Assembly (NCBI RefSeq): GCF_027921745.1
Contig: NC_079238.1
Location: 5,022,001 to 5,086,000 of the forward strand
Direction of reading: 5' to 3'
From: Schizosaccharomyces osmophilus
Lineage: Eukaryota
DNA length: 64,000 nucleotides
Below, piece after piece: positions 59,871-64,000 of the stretch. The position numbers and the translations under genes are program-made. Position 1 is the first letter of the stretch. Every line of letters begins with the position of its first letter. A model generated the notes under the pieces. That model had not been told where the DNA came from. It saw only the letters and a list, made by a program, of their open reading frames with translations, and did no database searches.

Positions 59871-60505
59871 ATGTCTGAATTTCAAAAAGTAGTCGTTATA
59901 GACGCCAAGGGGTAAGAAACCATTTTAAAATAGCATTGACTAACACTATTAGACATCTTCTTGGTCGTTTGGCCTCCGTCGTTGCTAAGCAGCTTTTGGG
60001 CGGACAAAAGGTTGTGGTTGTTCGCTGTGAGGAATTGAACATTTCCGGCAGCTTCTTCCGTAACAAACTCAAGTACCTCGCCTACTTGCGCAAGTCTTGC
60101 CGTTACAACCCTACTCGTGGTGCTTTCCACTTCCGTGCTCCTTCTCGCATCTTCCAAAAGGCTGTTCGTGGTATGCTTCCCCACAAGAGCCCCCGTGGTC
60201 AAGCTGCTTTGGAACACTTGCAAGCTGTTGAAGGTGTTCCCCCTCCTTTCGACAAGCAAAAGCGTGTTGTTGTCCCTGCTGCCCTCCGTGTCTTGCGTCT
60301 TAAGCCTGGCCGCAAGTACTGCACTGTTGGTCGTCTCTCCTCTGAAGTTGGCTGGAAGTACGCTGACGTTGTTTCCAAGTTGGAAGAACGCAGAAAGGTC
60401 AAGAGCGCTGCTTTCTACCAAGCCAAGCACTCCAAGCAAAAGAAGGTTGGTGCTGCCAAGTCTGCTTCTAAGATTAATTCAAAACTTTCCGAATACGGCT
60501 ATTAA
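59871..60505 (+). CDS. rpl1601: 60S ribosomal protein L16/uL13. Exons 59871-59911 and 59953-60505.
   Basis: [22 protein letters not shown] and [16 protein letters not shown]; paralog number from synteny. Confidence 0.95.
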
Positions 60506-60812
60506 ACTGGTCTTTTTTGAAGTTTAGATATGAAAAGTCCTTTCCTACTAATTATTCCCTTTTGTCTACTATTAGTGTCCGTCAAATCGTAGTGCTGTAG
60601 TAGCATAAGTAAAGTGTACATTATAGAAGAATGCAAAGTAAATTCTATAATTATTTGCATATTCTAACCAAATTTCCCAATAGATTTTGCTTTTACCAAG
60701 TTAAAAGAACACAATCCAAATATAAATGCGAGATATCTAAAAGTTTCCCATAAAAAAACCAAATGAAAGACGAATACGAATGAGCATTGACAAGAGAAAT
60801 TGAAGAAATTAC

Positions 60813-61439
60813 TCAGTCAAGGACACCGCCATCCTCTCCTTCATAGTCCTCAAAATCATCTCCTTCACCATTATCAAAGTAGTTTTCACCATAATCATTG
60901 TCGTCGTCATCGCCGAAGTCTTCGTCTTCGTCTTCTACCTCTTCAGGCACTTCTTCATTGGTAGGATTGGCAGTTTCTGGAGCGTCGTCCTTCAAATCTT
61001 CAGTGTTGATTGTAAAATCGATGAACGTCTTCATATCCAATTTCCGCCTAGCTCTCTTCTTGATTCCACCTTCAGCTCCTAGTGTCTTGCGAAGCTCTTC
61101 AGGAAAAAACTTTGGATCCAAATCCAAGTCGCTCAGTCGCAGATTTTCGTTCTTTCGTTTTGGTTTATTGCGATCACTATATCGCACAAGCCCATCGTCG
61201 TTAATTGGGACTGCATTTGCTTTTTCTTTTCGTACATAGAATGCACTTTCTTGGATAAATGAGTTTCGAATTTCGTTAAAAAACCGAATCTCCAACAACT
61301 CATGTGGACGAATTGATCGTTGGATAGGGAGGTCACGATCAGGATACAGCTTGGTAGGACCAGTGCGAGCATTAAATTCGAGCACTTCCTGCCAAGTCAT
61401 ACCTCCTAAATTTACATTTCCACGGCCACCGCGACGCAT
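60813..61439 (-). CDS. rpc31: RNA polymerase III subunit Rpc31
   Basis: RGG N-terminus, RYSDR, FFPEEL and an acidic tail with NDYGENYFDNGEGDD. Confidence 0.9.
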   Translation of the reverse strand: MRRGGRGNVNLGGMTWQEVLEFNARTGPTKLYPDRDLPIQRSIRPHELLEIRFFNEIRNSFIQESAFYVRKEKANAVPINDDGLVRYSDRNKPKRKNENLRLSDLDLDPKFFPEELRKTLGAEGGIKKRARRKLDMKTFIDFTINTEDLKDDAPETANPTNEEVPEEVEDEDEDFGDDDDNDYGENYFDNGEGDDFEDYEGEDGGVLD

Positions 61440-62140
61440 GATGAAAATATTTTGCTTTTGTTAAGATCCTTTTCTGTTGCCGTATAAATGGGAATTTCCT
61501 TAGTCAATGAATTATAAATCTTTTCTCTTAACTGTATTCGTTGAGCAAGAAACAAACTCTTTATACCAGAATTGTCTACCCTCGTCTCTTGTAGAAAACG
61601 TCCAGGAAAGACTTCCAACTCTTCCTTTTTATTTTGCACGCGCAATCCACCTATGGTGCTAAAATTCAGTAGATGGTTAACATAGAAAAGGTAAAGGTCA
61701 ACCAGAAAAAGCTAAGGATTTAAATGGCACTTCGACTCTTGTTTTGACTTTGAGTGCTCCTTATAGAATTTTTTTTTTCTTTCCCTCCTTCGTATTTATA
61801 TTTATCCGGATTTATTGCTGCAAATATATTGCAGCCTTCAGTAGCGGTGTTTTGCACTTGAAGACAATGGTGGTAGTATGAAAAGCTCAACCTCAGAAGC
61901 ATTCCTCTTACAGTGTCAAAAACTTGTAAATAACAAGCATATTTTGTGCGAATCCTTGATATTTTATCTAAAATTGCCTTCTTTTAGTGTATTTTTACTT
62001 ATTCTGGAAATTCTGGCTTTGTTACAATAGACACACATGGTCCTATAAACAGTTTGTTGAAAGACTAAAAAAAACTACTTCATTGTTTGTTATATTTTAG
62101 ATTCTTCTACCGATTCACCTCGTTGCTGAATAATAGCACT

Positions 62141-63112
62141 ATGTCTGGCTCTTTTTCACAGTTGCTTTTATGCATGGTTGGCATTTATGGATCCTTCCTT
62201 TCATGGGCCGTCATGCAAGAGAAGATTATCACTCGAACCTATGATGGAGAGAGATTTCGTTGTCCTGTATTGCTTACGCTAGCCCAGGCTATGACAACGG
62301 TTTTATGTGGATTTGTCTGGAATTGGTTACATGGAGTACGAACAAAAGGCTTGGCCGAACCCAAATTCCTTGGCTACTTTGCTGGCATTGCTCTTTCCTC
62401 AAGCTTAAGCTCTTACTTTGGATACGCCAGTATGTTTCATTTGTCATACCCAACGGTGATTCTTGGGAAATCATGTAAGCTCTTGCCCGTCATAGCCCTT
62501 CATGTTTTTCTTTACAAACGCAGGTTCCCTCCTCACAAATACCTAATTGTCTCAATGATTACCTCTGGAGTCACTGTATTCAGTTACTTTCAGAGCGCTG
62601 GCTCGAAAAGTAAGCATGCTGAGAATGACAGTTTATTGGGCTTGGTTCTCTTGTTTTTTAATTTACTTATGGACGGGATTACAAACACCACCCAAGACAG
62701 AGTCTTTGGTAAATACAAGCTTTCAAGCACTAGTATGATGATTGCTGTCAATTTGGGCATTGCCTGCATGAATGCACTATACTTTTTATCGCCTTTTTCG
62801 AATCAACGGGAAGCTTTGGCATTTTTACAAGCTCATCCTTCCATAATTCGTGACATTGTAATGTTTGCGATTACTGGATCTGTCGGTCAGTTATTTATAT
62901 TCTATACTTTAGAAAAATTTGGTAGCATTACATTAGTGACGATTACTTTGACACGAAAAATTTTTACAATGCTTCTTAGTATTGTTTATTTCCATCATCC
63001 TGTTTCTTTGCTTCAATGGGTTGGCATCGCACTCGTATTTCTAGGAATCTCAACGGAAGCTTCCTTGAAGATTACCACTAAAACCAATTCAAAAGAACAG
63101 AAAGCAAAATAG
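62141..63112 (+). CDS. hut1: ER UDP-galactose/UDP-glucose transporter Hut1 (SLC35B1-like)
   Basis: GIYGSFLSWAVMQEKI, SYPTVILGKSCKLLPV, LLMDGITNTTQD and TLTRKIFT; ATG at 62141. Confidence 0.92.
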   Translation: MSGSFSQLLLCMVGIYGSFLSWAVMQEKIITRTYDGERFRCPVLLTLAQAMTTVLCGFVWNWLHGVRTKGLAEPKFLGYFAGIALSSSLSSYFGYASMFHLSYPTVILGKSCKLLPVIALHVFLYKRRFPPHKYLIVSMITSGVTVFSYFQSAGSKSKHAENDSLLGLVLLFFNLLMDGITNTTQDRVFGKYKLSSTSMMIAVNLGIACMNALYFLSPFSNQREALAFLQAHPSIIRDIVMFAITGSVGQLFIFYTLEKFGSITLVTITLTRKIFTMLLSIVYFHHPVSLLQWVGIALVFLGISTEASLKITTKTNSKEQKAK

Positions 63113-63194
63113 ACATTCTAGTTTCTATATTTATTTATATCATCCTTAATTATAAATAATACTTGAATTCATTTCGTCAAGACTTGTACATTAA

Positions 63195-64000
63195 TCATTG
63201 TGAAGCTCCAGTCCGTAAAATTAAGAGTACATGTAAGTATCGATAGACTTTACTAACGAATTCGGCGGCATCCTCGTCCAATGCCATTTCCAATTCTTCC
63301 GCAAGAGATCTCGCGTCTTTATGCTGCCGTACATGTTCTACCGTGAAGGTAATTAAGGAGTCTTCTTGAATTCCAATGTATTCAATGATCTTTTTAGTAA
63401 CGAACTTGTGCATTTCATCCACAAGGAGATCCTAAATAACTGTTAATAACCGTCCCCTCTTTCTTTTCCATTTATAACCTACCTCTGTAACTTTACTCCA
63501 ATCGACAGGACAAGACCAAAGAGCTTCCCTTTCAGCGGGAATCTTTTCAATCATTGTGCGGAGTCTTTCTGCTCTTTCAGCTTCATTTTCTTCCAGCATA
63601 GGTCGATCAGCACCATGCTGTTCGGTTTGCTCATCTACATCTTCTTCTTCCAACAACATTCGTTCAGGAAGACCAATCTCACGTTTAGTTGGCTGAGTAG
63701 CGGCTTTACTTTGCAATCTCATCTTGAATCCTCCTTGCTCTGGCATTTCGCTGCTTACAGCAATAGTACCAGGCGCTGGTTGCTCCCCTTCACCGGTTGT
63801 TTCACGGCCAGCTTGAGCTTCGTCCTCTTGTCGGTCAGCTGCGTCAGCATCTTCTTCTCTAGCTTTAGCAACAGCTCTATGACGAATCCATGCTGCACGG
63901 TCAACAAAATATTCATCATGAGAAATTCTTGCCTCTTCATCGTCGTCAAAAGACGCAAGTTTTTCAGACATGTAGGCTTTCGAAGAGGTGAAAGCTATTC
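63195..64000 (-). CDS. usp107: U1 snRNP-associated PWI protein Usp107/Snu71 (RBM25-like), 3' part. Exons >64000-63483 and 63431-63195.
   Basis: FDDDEEA..YFVDRAAWIRHR; IPAEREALWSCPVDWS|..KKIIEYIGIQE..ALDEDAAEFVSKVYRYL (PWI domain). Confidence 0.87.

Noticed and set aside
59882..60439. 185-aa antisense ORF over rpl16
   Set aside because: Same codon-bias artefact; exact antisense mirror of the ribosomal protein frame

Overview
Eukaryotic, AT-rich, intron-containing genomic DNA from a fission yeast (Schizosaccharomyces). It is clearly not S. pombe itself and probably belongs to the octosporus/cryophilus/osmophilus clade (inference). As I recall the S. pombe annotation, the window is collinear with chromosome II cosmids SPBC119-SPBPJ4664-SPBC947-SPBC115-SPBC839. 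Gene order: ppk19/vps15 (truncated), sco1, mei3, tRNA-Trp, ubc4, rpn3, gpt1, a FAR-17a/AIG1 membrane protein, cop1, an M-factor pheromone precursor, dps1, knk1, apl2, a SURF6/Rrp14-type protein, hip4, tRNA-Met, dsc1, elg1, kms2, rba50, cbp6, tRNA-Leu, nde1, rrp46, afg1, fkh1, C1-THF synthase, EF-1alpha, efm4, rpl16, rpc31, hut1, usp107 (truncated). Exon-intron structures were derived by hand from GT..CTRAY..YAG signals and frame continuity. I saw no transposon, LTR, 5S rDNA, wtf gene or CRISPR array, and I cannot support a wholly new multi-gene system. The most interesting observations are: (i) a spliced pheromone gene missed by the ORF track, encoding YQPKPPGMC-VIA with an atypical W-Y processing junction and a TR-box/M-box promoter; (ii) a short Mei3 with repeated TTTACATCC motifs and paired MCB motifs upstream; (iii) a hairpin with a competing third arm upstream of gpt1; (iv) long introns bracketed by complementary arms; (v) apparent absence of several S. 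pombe accessory genes at syntenic positions.
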